Positions 17,933 through 27,367 of a stretch of DNA of 32,000 nt are shown piece by piece. A program made the position numbers and the translations under genes. The stretch is from the NCBI RefSeq assembly GCF_001652585.1, contig NZ_LWLG01000019.1, positions 1-32,000 of the forward strand, written 5' to 3'. The notes beneath the pieces are model-generated. The model searched no databases and was not told where the DNA came from. It saw nothing but the letters and a program-made list of their open reading frames with translations. The stretch is from Thermosulfurimonas dismutans (GTDB taxonomy: Bacteria > Desulfobacterota > Thermodesulfobacteria > Thermodesulfobacteriales > Thermodesulfobacteriaceae). Numbering within the stretch: the stretch's first letter is position 1; each line of letters opens with the position of its first letter.

Positions 17933-18572
17933 TCTTTAAAATCCTCTCAAGCTTCCGGTGATCCTCAACCACCAGATCCGCCTCTTGGAGATGATGCGGA
18001 GCAAGAGTGGTAGTAATGGCGATGCACAAAAGCCCTGCGGATTTAGCCGAACGCACTCCTGCAGGGGCATTTTCTACCGCCAGGGCCTCTTCCGCAGGGG
18101 CCCCAAGCCCCGAAAGCCCGACTAGATACGGATCAGGATAGGGTTTTCGGCGGGGTACTTGGTCCCCGGTAACGATAAAGTGGAAAAGGGAGGCCAAGGA
18201 TTTTGGAAAGACCTCATCTAAGATTTCCTGATGAGAGCTGGTAACCAGGGCCAGCTTGCGTCCTTCCTTTCTTAAATCTGCAAGGAGATCCGGCACTTCT
18301 GGAAAAGGTCGTACCTTGGCCTGGTATTTTTCTTTAAAGATCTTTTTTTGAAGGGAAAAGGCCTTCTTAAAGAATTCGGGCGTAGGTTCGATCCCCTGAT
18401 TTTCAAAGAGACTCCTTGCAGTCTCAAGTTCTATAGCACCCTCATGGAGGTAAATTTCTTCCTCAGGGATGTCCAGCCCCAGCATAGAGAAGGCCTCCCG
18501 CCAGGCCCTCACGTGCCAGGGCATACTATCAAGGATCACTCCGTCTAAATCAAAGAGAAGAACCGGTTTCAT
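17916..18572 (-). CDS. HAD-superfamily hydrolase (beta-phosphoglucomutase/phosphatase-like, subfamily IA)
   Basis: Motif I LFDLDGVILDS, motif II LVTSS and the C-terminal VENAPAGVRSAKSAG are present. Confidence 0.8.
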   Translation of the reverse strand: MKPVLLFDLDGVILDSMPWHVRAWREAFSMLGLDIPEEEIYLHEGAIELETARSLFENQGIEPTPEFFKKAFSLQKKIFKEKYQAKVRPFPEVPDLLADLRKEGRKLALVTSSHQEILDEVFPKSLASLFHFIVTGDQVPRRKPYPDPYLVGLSGLGAPAEEALAVENAPAGVRSAKSAGLLCIAITTTLAPHHLQEADLVVEDHRKLERILKNGEGF

Positions 18573-18856
18573 GAAACTCCTAAGGCCTTTTTAACTTCCT
18601 CCGGGGACTGTCCGTGGACAAGGATAATTTTATCCCGAGCCTTCTCTCCCGCAAGCATTTCAATTTCTTTTTTGCGGACTCCGAGCTTTTTGGAAAGGAA
18701 TTCGATAAGGGCCCGATTAGCCTTGCCCTCTACCGGCGGGGCCGCAACTTTTATCTTTAGACTCGCTCCGTGAAAACCGGCAAGCTCAGTCTTCTTCGCT
18801 CCCGGTTGAAGGTGGACTTTGAGAAGCACCCCCTTGGGATGAGCCTCGATCGCCAA
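18569..18856 (-). CDS. DUF167 (YggU) family protein
   Basis: LKVHLQPGAKKTELAG...LKIKVAAPPVEGKANRALIEFLSKKLGV matches the YggU pattern. The preferred start is the TTG at 18856, 6 nt after GGAGG. The track start at 18907 is also a TTG and would give a 122-nt overlap with DivIVA. Confidence 0.75.
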   Translation of the reverse strand: MAIEAHPKGVLLKVHLQPGAKKTELAGFHGASLKIKVAAPPVEGKANRALIEFLSKKLGVRKKEIEMLAGEKARDKIILVHGQSPEEVKKALGVS

Positions 18857-19262
18857 CTCGTTCCTCCAAGTGCTCGAGATAGGAAAGAAGCAAAGAGCGT
18901 AGATCAAGCCTTATCTTTTCTCTCATTTTCCAGAGCCGCTCAATATCTTCTTCTAAGGCTTTAGCCTCCTTTTCAGCCTCCTCCACTATCTTCCGAGCCT
19001 CAGCTTCGGCCTGGGCCTTTATGGTCTCCGAAAATTCATCCAGCTTGCGCAAGGCCTCTCGAAAGGCCTTGGCCTCGGCCATGAGTTCCTCTATCTCTCG
19101 GTCCTTACGGCTAAGTTCGTCCCTTAACTGATTATTCTCCCGAATAACCTCCTTTACAAAATCGGCCACCTCTTCAAGAAAGGTTCGGACCGCCTTCCGG
19201 CTGTAGCCTACCGGTACCACATTGAAGCTTTTTTCTCTGATATCTTTGGGAGTAAGACGCAT
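18786..19262 (-). CDS. divIVA: DivIVA-domain protein
   Basis: The N-terminus MRLTPKDIREKSFNVVPVGYSRKAVRTFLEEVA (DivIVA lipid-binding domain) is followed by a coiled coil. The ATG at 19262 overlaps the yggT stop by 1 nt. The yggT-divIVA neighbourhood is conserved. Confidence 0.82.
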   Translation of the reverse strand: MRLTPKDIREKSFNVVPVGYSRKAVRTFLEEVADFVKEVIRENNQLRDELSRKDREIEELMAEAKAFREALRKLDEFSETIKAQAEAEARKIVEEAEKEAKALEEDIERLWKMREKIRLDLRSLLLSYLEHLEERVGDRGSSQGGASQSPPSTGSEED

Positions 19263-19558
19263 CACCTTAACCTTACCGCCAGATCGTAAAGGCTCGGCAC
19301 CAAAAATTGCTGAAGGAAAATGATCAGCAAGATCACAATAAGTGGCGAAAGATCAATCCCCCCCAGAGGAGGCAAAAACCGTCTTACACGATAAAGGACC
19401 GGTTCGGTAATTTGATAAAGAAACCTCACTATGGGATTAAAAGGATCCGGATTGACCCAAGAAATGATAGCTCTAATAATGATGATCCACATATAGAAGG
19501 TCAACACCAGATCGATAACCTTGGCCAAAGCCGTGAGAAAATGTGAAATCACAAACAT
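19262..19558 (-). CDS. yggT: YggT family membrane protein
   Basis: 98 aa with two TM regions and the NPIVRFLYQITEPVLYRVRRFLP motif typical of YggT/Ycf19. Confidence 0.8.
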   Translation of the reverse strand: MFVISHFLTALAKVIDLVLTFYMWIIIIRAIISWVNPDPFNPIVRFLYQITEPVLYRVRRFLPPLGGIDLSPLIVILLIIFLQQFLVPSLYDLAVRLR

Positions 19559-20590
19559 CTATCCCCTCCCAAAAGGACACACCGGAAACCGACAATCTTT
19601 ACAATGGAGGCAATAACCTCCATGGCCTAGGGCTGCTAAGTCTTCCCGGGTAATGATCTCTCCTGCAATTACCCGGGGAAGGATTAAATCCAAGACGGTC
19701 ACCCCGTGATACATACCGCAGGCCGGTACTCCCAAGATAGCTCGCTCCCCCAGATAGGCCACTAAGAACATGTTCCCAGGAAGCACCGGCGCCCCGTAAG
19801 TGAAGAGCTCAGGATTGAGATCCGCCACGGCTTTTCGGGTAACATCGTCCGGATCTATGGACATCCCTCCAGTAACCAATACCACTTCCGCCCCTTGGGA
19901 AAGAAGGCCCGAGATAGCTTCCCTAATCCTTTCCCGGTCGTCCGGCACAAAGATCGGGCCCAAAACTTCAAGCCCAAAACCCGAAAGTTTAGGAATCATT
20001 ACCGGGGCAAAGGCATCTTTTATACGGCCATAGTAGACTTCGCTTCCCGTAATCACTAGTCCAGCCTTGGACATACTTCGGGGTAGAACTCTCAAAACTC
20101 CCGAACTCTCCGAAGCAATCTTTTCAACTTCCGAAAGTAGGCCTTTTTTCACCACCAACGGGATGGCCCGACCAGCGGCGAGTTTCTCCCCCTTCTTCAC
20201 CCAGAAATTTCCGTGCCGAGTAGTAAGGGCGATCTCCCCAAGAAGGTTTATACGGTAAAGCGCCTCGGTATCTACTTTAAAAAGGCCTTCTCTTTCCGCA
20301 TAAAAGGTGACTTTTCCCTCTCGTATCTCTTCGGAAAAGCCCACGCCATCCCCGGCAACCGCTTTGGCAAGCCTTATCGCGGCTTCGTCTTCGTGAAGCT
20401 CATCTGGCTCCATTTCAAGGACATAGATATGATACTTACCCAAGCGCTTGAGATGAGGAACATCTTCCTCACGAATAACATGACCTTTTTTGAAGGCCCT
20501 CCCCTTAAACTCTCCCGGCCTTATTTCCGTAATATCATGGGGAAGAACCATACCTACCGCTTCTTCTACCGGTATAGTCCGAGTCTTCAC
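19559..20590 (-). CDS. Molybdopterin-binding (MoCF-biosynthesis/MoeA-like) domain protein with C-terminal CX2CX2CX4CP motif
   Basis: The central region [17 protein letters not shown]...[15 protein letters not shown] resembles the MogA/MoeA MoCF-binding fold. The C-terminus is [13 protein letters not shown]. Confidence 0.6.
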   Translation of the reverse strand: MKTRTIPVEEAVGMVLPHDITEIRPGEFKGRAFKKGHVIREEDVPHLKRLGKYHIYVLEMEPDELHEDEAAIRLAKAVAGDGVGFSEEIREGKVTFYAEREGLFKVDTEALYRINLLGEIALTTRHGNFWVKKGEKLAAGRAIPLVVKKGLLSEVEKIASESSGVLRVLPRSMSKAGLVITGSEVYYGRIKDAFAPVMIPKLSGFGLEVLGPIFVPDDRERIREAISGLLSQGAEVVLVTGGMSIDPDDVTRKAVADLNPELFTYGAPVLPGNMFLVAYLGERAILGVPACGMYHGVTVLDLILPRVIAGEIITREDLAALGHGGYCLHCKDCRFPVCPFGRG

Positions 20591-21546
20591 TTACTTCTCT
20601 CCCCTTTTTTCTCGTAAGCCTCAATAATCTTTTGGACCAAAGAATGTCTGACTACATCTTTTTTGGTAAAAAACACAAAAGCAATACCTTCTACATCCTT
20701 TAGAATCTCCACCGCTTCTACTAGCCCCGAACGCTTAGGTTCCGGGAGATCTATCTGCGTAACATCTCCGGTTATAACCGCCTTTGATCCATATCCTAAA
20801 CGCGTTAGGAACATCTTCATCTGGTCGGAGGTAGTATTCTGGGCCTCATCGAGAATAATGAAAGCCTCGTTCAGGGTTCTTCCTCGCATAAAAGCCAAAG
20901 GGGCTACTTCAATCACACCTTTTTGTAGAAGGCGAGAGACCTTGTCGAAAGGAAGCATGTCGTAAAGGGCGTCGTAAAGTGGCCGTAGATAGGGATTGAC
21001 CTTCTCCGCTATGTCGCCGGGGAGAAATCCTAGTTTTTCCCCGGCTTCCACCGCCGGCCTCACCAAAATAATCCGGGAAACCTCACCCCGCATAAGAAAA
21101 GAAACGGCCATAGCCATGGCTAAATATGTCTTTCCGGTACCGGCCGGACCAACTCCAAAAACGATGTCGTTTTGTCGAATAGCTTCAATATAGCGTTTCT
21201 GGGCCACCCCCTTAGGGGTGATAACCTTGCGGCCTGAGGTCACAAAAACAGTATCCAAGAAGATATCCCGCAGGTTGGCCTTCGGATTTTCAGAAAGGAT
21301 ACGGGCGGCGTATTCTACATCACTGGGATAAAGGGTATAGCCGGCTTTAAGTAAGCCGTATAATTCCTCAAAGGCCCTATCCGCAAGTTCGGTATCTATA
21401 GGGTCTCCGGTAATAAGAACCTGGTTCCCACGGGCTGTGATCTGGACCCGAAAGGCCTTTTCCAAGGCCTTTAAATGGGCCCCACGCTCACCAAAAAGAT
21501 GGCGAGCCAGTTTGTAATCCTCGAAAGTTCTTTCAACTGTAACCAA
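20587..21546 (-). CDS. phoH: PhoH-family ATPase
   Basis: Walker [14 protein letters not shown], Walker B IILDEAQN and the DLP...SGL motif are present. TTG start with GGAGGTG upstream. Confidence 0.9.
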   Translation of the reverse strand: MVTVERTFEDYKLARHLFGERGAHLKALEKAFRVQITARGNQVLITGDPIDTELADRAFEELYGLLKAGYTLYPSDVEYAARILSENPKANLRDIFLDTVFVTSGRKVITPKGVAQKRYIEAIRQNDIVFGVGPAGTGKTYLAMAMAVSFLMRGEVSRIILVRPAVEAGEKLGFLPGDIAEKVNPYLRPLYDALYDMLPFDKVSRLLQKGVIEVAPLAFMRGRTLNEAFIILDEAQNTTSDQMKMFLTRLGYGSKAVITGDVTQIDLPEPKRSGLVEAVEILKDVEGIAFVFFTKKDVVRHSLVQKIIEAYEKKGERSK

Positions 21547-21580
21547 GTCTCCCTACACCTCCTACGTTATTTATTAAATT

Positions 21581-23356
21581 TTACACCACATAAATCAGAT
21601 TTTCAGCTCGACGCATTTTTTCGAGTTGCTGGTTATAAAAGTTAATTACTTCCCGTCGACTTATCATTCCGAGAAAAATCCGGGGATCTTCGGTTTTTAC
21701 AACCGGAAGTTGATCAATGTTCCGAATGGTAAACTTCCGCAAAACGGTATTGATATCTTCTTCGGGATGGGTGGTAATCACATCCCTGCGAGCAATATCT
21801 TTGATAATCAAAAGATCCCAAAGATCTTCATTTAGGAGATAGGGCCGAACATCATTAATTGAGAATATCCCCGAGAGCCGTCCTTCGGCATCCACCACTG
21901 GGAAATATTGCTGTTCCGTCCGGCCAAACAGTTTTACGAACTGTCTCAAGGTCATATCCTCTGGAATTACCGCCCAGACCTTTTCTGGCTGAAAGATATC
22001 TTTGACTTTGATGTCCGCCAGAATGTCGGTAAAGAATTCTCCGCGGTGAGCCGGCGAATGTACCCGGTTCGGCACCTGAGAGTCGTAGAGACTCTTTACA
22101 GGCAACGGGGAAGACAGGGCCGTCTGCACGATATAGGCCAGCATCACGGAAAGGGTCGTAGCCGGCATAAGGGCGAAGGCCCCTGTAATTTCAAGAACGA
22201 TAAAGATGTTGGCCATAGGGGCCCTGGCTGCGGCCCCAAAAACTGAGGCCATGCCAATCACCACGTAAGGAGCCGGAGGCTGATTAAAAAGATAGGCTAC
22301 GAAACCGCCGAGCATGCCACCTACAAAAAGGCTAGGGGCAAAATCTCCGCCTGAGCCGCCCGAGCCAATAGTAAGGGAGAAAGCCAAAATCTTGGCCAGA
22401 CATAGAAGAAGCATAAGTTTCCCGGGGAGCTCTCCATCGATGGCTTTCTGTAACCAGCCGTAGCCTATACCGAGCACCTGAGGCAAAGCCAATCCCATGA
22501 GTCCCAGGAGTAGCCCCCCAAACGCTGAACGCAGATAAAAGGGTAGGGGCAGACGCTCAAATAACCTTTGGGTATAGTGAAAAACCAAGGGAGCAATAGT
22601 CCCCACAATCCCTGCAAGCACTCCAAGGACCAAAAAACCTAAATACTGTTCCGGGGAGGTTATGGAAAGGTCCTCCGGGACCCGAAAGAGGGGTTCCCAG
22701 CCCACCACGAACCCGCTCACCAGATAGGCCACTCCCGCGGAAAAGATGCAGTAAATCAGGGCTTGGGTCTCGAACTCGATTTGACTATAAAGAACTTCTA
22801 CCGCAAAAAAGGCCGTCCCCATAGGCGAACGGAAAATGGCCGAAAGGGCCCCGGACATACCCATTAGGAGAAGGAGACGCCTTTCGCTAGAAGATCTTCG
22901 AAAAAGGGTCCCATATAGAGAACCAATGCCGGCCCCGATCTGTGAGGCTGGTCCCTCTCGACCGGCTGAACCTCCCGAACCTAAAGTGATGGCGGAAGCA
23001 AACATCTTCACCCAGGGTACTCGGGCCCGGATGTAGCCCTCAAGAAAATGAAAGGCCCTGATAGCAGCCTCGGTTCCGTGTCCTCGGGCTTCGGGAGCCA
23101 GGAGATATACCAAAAGCCCGGAAAGGAAACCTCCTATGGTGGTCACTAGGGGAATAAGGGCCAAGCCATATGGCCCTACGACTTCCTGAGGAAGGCCGCC
23201 TTCATTAGGAAGTCCAGGAGGATGATAGAGCGCAATTTTTCCTAAAAAGAACTCCTGGGAAAAATCTACCATGAGGCTAAAAAGCCGGGCGACAATGGCC
23301 CCTACTAATCCCAGGAAAACGGCATCCAGAAGAAGTCTGGCCTGCTTCCTTTTCAA
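21581..23356 (-). CDS. ClC-family chloride channel / H+-Cl- antiporter with C-terminal CBS pair
   Basis: GSGGSAGREGP and GGSGGDFAPSL selectivity-filter-type motifs are present in a polytopic membrane protein. Two CBS modules lie in the last ~140 aa. TTG start. Confidence 0.9.
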   Translation of the reverse strand: MKRKQARLLLDAVFLGLVGAIVARLFSLMVDFSQEFFLGKIALYHPPGLPNEGGLPQEVVGPYGLALIPLVTTIGGFLSGLLVYLLAPEARGHGTEAAIRAFHFLEGYIRARVPWVKMFASAITLGSGGSAGREGPASQIGAGIGSLYGTLFRRSSSERRLLLLMGMSGALSAIFRSPMGTAFFAVEVLYSQIEFETQALIYCIFSAGVAYLVSGFVVGWEPLFRVPEDLSITSPEQYLGFLVLGVLAGIVGTIAPLVFHYTQRLFERLPLPFYLRSAFGGLLLGLMGLALPQVLGIGYGWLQKAIDGELPGKLMLLLCLAKILAFSLTIGSGGSGGDFAPSLFVGGMLGGFVAYLFNQPPAPYVVIGMASVFGAAARAPMANIFIVLEITGAFALMPATTLSVMLAYIVQTALSSPLPVKSLYDSQVPNRVHSPAHRGEFFTDILADIKVKDIFQPEKVWAVIPEDMTLRQFVKLFGRTEQQYFPVVDAEGRLSGIFSINDVRPYLLNEDLWDLLIIKDIARRDVITTHPEEDINTVLRKFTIRNIDQLPVVKTEDPRIFLGMISRREVINFYNQQLEKMRRAENLIYVV

Positions 23357-23393
23357 AGAATAAGTACCTCCTTACCTCTTTGAAGTTCTCTCT

Positions 23394-23421
23394 AATATAC
23401 CTTTTTGACCTCTTTATCCAA
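23394..23421 (-). promoter_or_regulatory. Candidate promoter for the ClC gene (TTGGAT - 16 nt - TATATT)
   Basis: On the minus strand the -35 is at 23421..23416 and the -10 at 23399..23394. It lies in a divergent intergenic region shared with the flavin reductase gene. Confidence 0.35.
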
Positions 23422-23488
23422 GCCTGCTTGCTTTTTTAAGCTCTTTTGTGGTATGCTTTCATAAATTCTTGCTACGAGGAGGTAACCT

Positions 23489-23968
23489 ATGGGTCTCCAA
23501 AAACTCATAACCCAATATATTCCCCAGGGGGTTTATGTAATTACGGTAAGACATGGAGAAAAGATAAACGGCATGACTGCCGCTTGGGTGGGACAAGTCT
23601 CTTTCAAACCTCGGTTGCTCTCGGTAGCTATTGCGCCTCAACGTTATACCTATGAACTCCTCAAGGAATCCGGAGTTTTCTGCATCAACGTCTTAGGAGA
23701 GGATCAGGTCGACTTAGCCCGACATTTCGGTTTCAAATCCGGGCGGGACGAAAACAAGTTTGAGGGGGTTCCTTACCTAAACGCCCTTAAAGGTTCCCCA
23801 GTGCTCAAGGTGGCCATTGCTTATTTTGAGTGTACGGTAGTTTCTACCTGCGAAGCCGGTGATCACGTGCTTTTCATCGGAGAAGTCGGGGATTATGCTG
23901 TCCAGGTAGAAGGGGCCAAGCCTCTCATCTTCCGTTGGAACGATTATTTTGGAGGGGTGGAGGCTTAA
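23489..23968 (+). CDS. Flavin reductase-like FMN-binding domain protein
   Basis: NGMTAAWVGQVSFKPRLLSVAI...GDHVLFIGEV matches the flavin reductase (split-barrel) pattern. GGAGG lies 7 nt upstream. Confidence 0.8.
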   Translation: MGLQKLITQYIPQGVYVITVRHGEKINGMTAAWVGQVSFKPRLLSVAIAPQRYTYELLKESGVFCINVLGEDQVDLARHFGFKSGRDENKFEGVPYLNALKGSPVLKVAIAYFECTVVSTCEAGDHVLFIGEVGDYAVQVEGAKPLIFRWNDYFGGVEA

Positions 23969-24619
23969 ATGAGAAGGGAAGAAACTGCCGCGGGAGAGGA
24001 AATTTTAGTCCTCCATGAAAGATGGGTTAGAGTCGTACAAAAACATCTGCGCGAGATAGTAACGGCGATAGTAGCCATAGTCCTAGTGCTTTCACTCCTG
24101 ACAGGCTACCGAACTTATCATGAAAGAAAAGAGGCCAAAGCCGCTCTTCTTTACGCTCAGGCCATCTCTTTGAAAGATATGGAGGCCGCCCGAAAAAAAT
24201 TAGAAGAGGTGGCCCAAAAGTATTCCGGAACAGTAGCTGCCAGGGAGGCCCTTCTAAATCTCTGGGAGTTGTCTCTGGCGAAACGAAGCCCTGATCTCCA
24301 AACGAGACTTAAAGCTTTAAAAAGAAAAGCTCCTGGTGAACTCAAGTTTTCCTTCTCTCTGGCCGAGGGGTATCTCCTGGAAGAAAAGGGAAAATATAAG
24401 GAAGCCGAGCAAAAGTATCAAAAGGTTCTTAAAAAGGCTCCCTTTTCGGGCATAGTAGTCTATGCTGACTTGGCCCGAGTTTACGAGGCCTTAAAGGATT
24501 GGCCCAAGGCCCTTGAGGCCTATCGGAAGTATCTTGAACTCAAGCCTCCTTCAGGTGGCCTCCACTTTGTAGAATACAAACTTGCCAAAATAGAACAGGC
24601 CCTTTCAAAAACAAAATGA
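23969..24619 (+). CDS. Membrane-anchored TPR-repeat protein (YfgM-like)
   Basis: A single TM (IVTAIVAIVLVLSLLTGY) is followed by TPR-like repeats (YKEAEQKYQKVLKKAP..., WPKALEAYRKYLELKP). Confidence 0.55.
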   Translation: MRREETAAGEEILVLHERWVRVVQKHLREIVTAIVAIVLVLSLLTGYRTYHERKEAKAALLYAQAISLKDMEAARKKLEEVAQKYSGTVAAREALLNLWELSLAKRSPDLQTRLKALKRKAPGELKFSFSLAEGYLLEEKGKYKEAEQKYQKVLKKAPFSGIVVYADLARVYEALKDWPKALEAYRKYLELKPPSGGLHFVEYKLAKIEQALSKTK

Positions 24620-25107
24620 GCCTTCTCATTTTTCAGCGTCTAGCCGAAGAAAGGATCAGGGAAGCCATTCGGAAAGGAGAATTTGACAATCTCCCTGGCA
24701 AAGGCAAACCCCTAAAGCTTGAGGACCTGAGCCTCGTTCCGGAAGAACTTCGCTTGGCTTACAAAGTCCTCAAAAATGCTGGCTTTGTGCCCCCAGAAGT
24801 GCAACTGCAAAAGGAGATTCGCAATCTGGAAGATCTCCTTGAAACTTTGGGAGATGAAGAAGTGGAAAAGCAGTACCGGGTAATAAAACGACTTAATTTC
24901 CTTATCATGCAGTTGAATCAGTTCCAACGGAAATCCGTGTTGCTTGAAAAAGAGCAATATTATTACCAAAAAGTGGCCGAAAGAGTCGAACGTTTAAGGG
25001 CCAAAGAGAAAAAAAACGCCGGACGATCGATAGACTGGTCAAGCCTTTCACAAAAGGTAACGCTGACGAGATATCTTTCCGATTCTTCTTTAAAGAAGCG
25101 CTCCTAA
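24616..25107 (+). CDS. DUF1992 (DnaJC28-like) domain protein
   Basis: RLAEERIREAIRKGEFDNLPGKGKPL is the hallmark DUF1992 N-terminal motif. ATGA overlap with the upstream gene. Confidence 0.7.
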   Translation: MSLLIFQRLAEERIREAIRKGEFDNLPGKGKPLKLEDLSLVPEELRLAYKVLKNAGFVPPEVQLQKEIRNLEDLLETLGDEEVEKQYRVIKRLNFLIMQLNQFQRKSVLLEKEQYYYQKVAERVERLRAKEKKNAGRSIDWSSLSQKVTLTRYLSDSSLKKRS

Positions 25108-25111
25108 CCGC

Positions 25112-25139
25112 TTGACACCCAGAGCTAGTGGTTTAATGT
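25112..25139 (+). promoter_or_regulatory. Candidate tRNA-Pro promoter (TTGACA - 16 nt - TAATGT)
   Basis: A perfect -35 at 25112..25117 and a -10-like hexamer at 25134..25139, about 10 nt before the tRNA 5' end. Confidence 0.45.
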
Positions 25140-25148
25140 AAAGGGCGT

Positions 25149-25225
25149 CGGGACGTAGCTCAGCCTGGCAGAGCACTGGCTTCGGGAGTCAGGGGTCGCA
25201 GGTTCAAATCCTGCCGTCCCGACCA
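25149..25225 (+). tRNA. tRNA-Pro (anticodon CGG), 77 nt, CCA encoded
   Basis: Hand-folded cloverleaf with acceptor CGGGACG/CGTCCCG, D stem GCTC/GAGC, anticodon stem CTGGC/GTCAG with loop TTCGGGA (C34 G35 G36, G37), T stem GCAGG/CCTGC with loop TTCAAAT, discriminator A and CCA. Confidence 0.95.
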
Positions 25226-25229
25226 AAAA

Positions 25230-25666
25230 TTAACGATTTCTTGAGGACTTACGAAAGATTATTCCTTGCCTAAGGCACTTTTGGAACACCTGTCCTCTAA
25301 CTTCCCAGTAAGTCGCAAAAATTCTGTTGCAATTCATTCTCAATAAGGCGGGTTTCTTCAAATCCATTCCCGATTTTGGGCAATTATTCGCGATTTTCCC
25401 CCACACTCGTGGGCTTAAGGTTGCAAGTGAGAATATAATATCTTTTAAATACAGAAATGAGGAGGCAAGCATGGCTATTGATCAGGCTAGGCACATGAAG
25501 TTGAGTACATAGAACCGGCAAAGTTTTTCAGAAAATCAAATAACTTTTGAGCTGTCTTGAAATTTAGGCCCTTTCGGATAGCGGAGTCAACAAATTTTTC
25601 CCGGTGGAGCTCTAGCTCCTCCCTAAATTTTCTTCCCCAGGCCCGAGTGCTTTTGGTTAGTTGTGG
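25230..25666 (-). pseudogene. Decayed fragment of a DNA polymerase III alpha subunit (DnaE-like) gene
   Basis: Minus frame 25666..25487 reads PQLTKSTRAWGRKFREELELHREKFVDSAIRKGLNFKTAQKLFDFLKNFAGSMYSTSCA*. This matches the conserved DnaE block RRAMGKK..EEM..HRE.FV.GA...G.....A..LFD.L..FA.YGFNKSH. After a frameshift and in-frame stop, the similarity continues weakly (SIAMLASSFLYLK vs AYSLLSYQTAYVK; CPKSGMDLKKP vs ARALGIPVLPP) into track ORF 25230..25472. No start codon and no flanking polymerase domains are present. Confidence 0.6.
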
Positions 25667-25840
25667 TTATATTCTCAAATGTTAAGAAAACAGTTGCCTT
25701 ATTAAAAATGGATATATCGAGAGGACTTTGTAAAGGTCTCTAAAAAATAGATTTAATCGAGCTAGTTAAACATGAAATAGCACTCTATAGCTGGTAAAAC
25801 GGATAATAATGGCTAAATAGTTCTAAGGAGGCCCTAAGAT

Positions 25841-27262
25841 ATGTTTCCGGAATGGGGTTATTTACTGATGGGTTTTTTGATCGGAGGCGGGGCTTTGTGG
25901 TTACACGCCAAACGGGAAAGGAATGAACTTTTCCAGAAATTTGAAGGCCTGCAAGAAGAACTGATCCAGAAAAAGACGGAGCTGGCGCAGCTCAGTGAAA
26001 GATTGGCCCGAGAAGAGCAGTACAGAGAGAAGCTGGAGACGGAAAAGGCCGAACTCTTCGAGAGACTTGAGGAAGCCCAAAAGGAACTCGCCCTGCGGCA
26101 GGCAGAAATTGCCAAGCTCAAGGAAAGGATAACCCAGGAGGAAGAACATTTCCGGGAAAAACTCGAGATCATAGAGAAGGCCCAAAAGGAGCTGGAAAAC
26201 ACCTTCAAGGCCCTGTCTTCGGAGATTTTTCAGAAAAACACGGAAAATTTCTTAAAGCTAGCCCAGGATCGTCTTTCCGTTTTCAGAGAGGAAATTCAGG
26301 GGCAACTCAAAGCCAAAGAGGAGGCCATTGACCGGCTGACCCAGCCTATAAAGGAGGCCTTGGAGAAGGTAAACCGCGAAATCAAGGAGATGGAGGAGAA
26401 ACGAGAGGGGGCTTACAAAAGTCTTCAAGAGAGCCTCCGAAACCTGGTGGAGGTATATCTCCCAAGGCTTCAAAAAGAGACGGAAAATCTTTCGAGAGCC
26501 CTCAGACAGCCTAGAATAAGGGGCAGGTGGGGAGAAATTCAGCTAAAGCGTGTGGTAGAAATGGTGGGGATGCTTCCTAAGTGTGACTTTGAGGAACAGA
26601 CATCTTTTTCCACCGATGAGAGGACCCTCCGGCCGGACATGATCATCAGGCTTCCAGGAGGGAGGATTATTGCGGTGGACGCCAAGGTTCCCTTTGAGGT
26701 CTACATAGAGGCCATTGAAGAAGAAAACGAGGATGAGGCGCACAAAAAGATACAGGAATATGTGGCGGGGCTCAAAAACCATATTAAAAGTCTATCCCAG
26801 AAAAGATACTGGGAGGCGATAGAGTCCCGGTGGCAAAAGAGCCCGGAATTTGTCATTCTCTTTTTGCCGGCTGAAGGCCTGTTTTCGGCGGCTTTAAAGA
26901 GCGATCCCGAGATCGTGGAGTTCGGTGCCAAACACAAGGTCCTTCTGGCCACCCCGATAACCCTCATAGCCATCCTCAAGGCCGTGGCTTACGCTTGGCA
27001 GGAACAGGAGCTTGCCGAAAACGCGAGGGAGATCGCCCATTTAGGGAAGCAACTTTATGAGCGTCTTAGAGTTCTCACCGAGCACTTCAATGATCTGGGA
27101 AACAGACTAAAGCAGGCGGTAGAGGCCTACAACAAAACCGTGCGTTCTTACGAAAGCCGAATTCTGGTCACCGCCCGGAAGTTTGAGGATTTCCGCATGA
27201 TCTCCCCGGAAAAGAAAATCCCTGACTTAACCGAAATTTCCACCTATCCTTTGGAGAAATAA
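25841..27262 (+). CDS. rmuC: DNA recombination protein RmuC
   Basis: An N-terminal TM and a long coiled coil are followed by the C-terminal RmuC nuclease-like domain (RPDMIIRLPGGRIIAVDAKVP, FVILFLPAEGLFSAAL). AAGGAGG lies upstream. Confidence 0.9.
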   Translation: MFPEWGYLLMGFLIGGGALWLHAKRERNELFQKFEGLQEELIQKKTELAQLSERLAREEQYREKLETEKAELFERLEEAQKELALRQAEIAKLKERITQEEEHFREKLEIIEKAQKELENTFKALSSEIFQKNTENFLKLAQDRLSVFREEIQGQLKAKEEAIDRLTQPIKEALEKVNREIKEMEEKREGAYKSLQESLRNLVEVYLPRLQKETENLSRALRQPRIRGRWGEIQLKRVVEMVGMLPKCDFEEQTSFSTDERTLRPDMIIRLPGGRIIAVDAKVPFEVYIEAIEEENEDEAHKKIQEYVAGLKNHIKSLSQKRYWEAIESRWQKSPEFVILFLPAEGLFSAALKSDPEIVEFGAKHKVLLATPITLIAILKAVAYAWQEQELAENAREIAHLGKQLYERLRVLTEHFNDLGNRLKQAVEAYNKTVRSYESRILVTARKFEDFRMISPEKKIPDLTEISTYPLEK

Positions 27263-27367
27263 AAACTTTTCTATCCACTCGAAGATACGTTGTTCCCGTT
27301 CTGGTTTGTCTTTTTTGCAGGTCTATCACCGATGGAATGATATATGGTGGTAGCCTGGGGTCTACGC

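Noticed and set aside
23357-23488. Possible fluoride or other riboswitch upstream of the ClC channel gene
   Set aside because: The ~130-nt divergent intergenic region shows only promoter-like hexamers and SD sites. It has no conserved riboswitch-like helices or the crcB-motif core.
25327-25512. 61-aa plus-strand ORF, and a 13-codon mini-ORF (MAIDQARHMKLST) with a GGAGG SD at ~25460
   Set aside because: It lies antisense to the dnaE-like fossil and has no recognisable fold. The SD-ATG pairing is probably fortuitous, so it is not called, although a leader-peptide role cannot be excluded.
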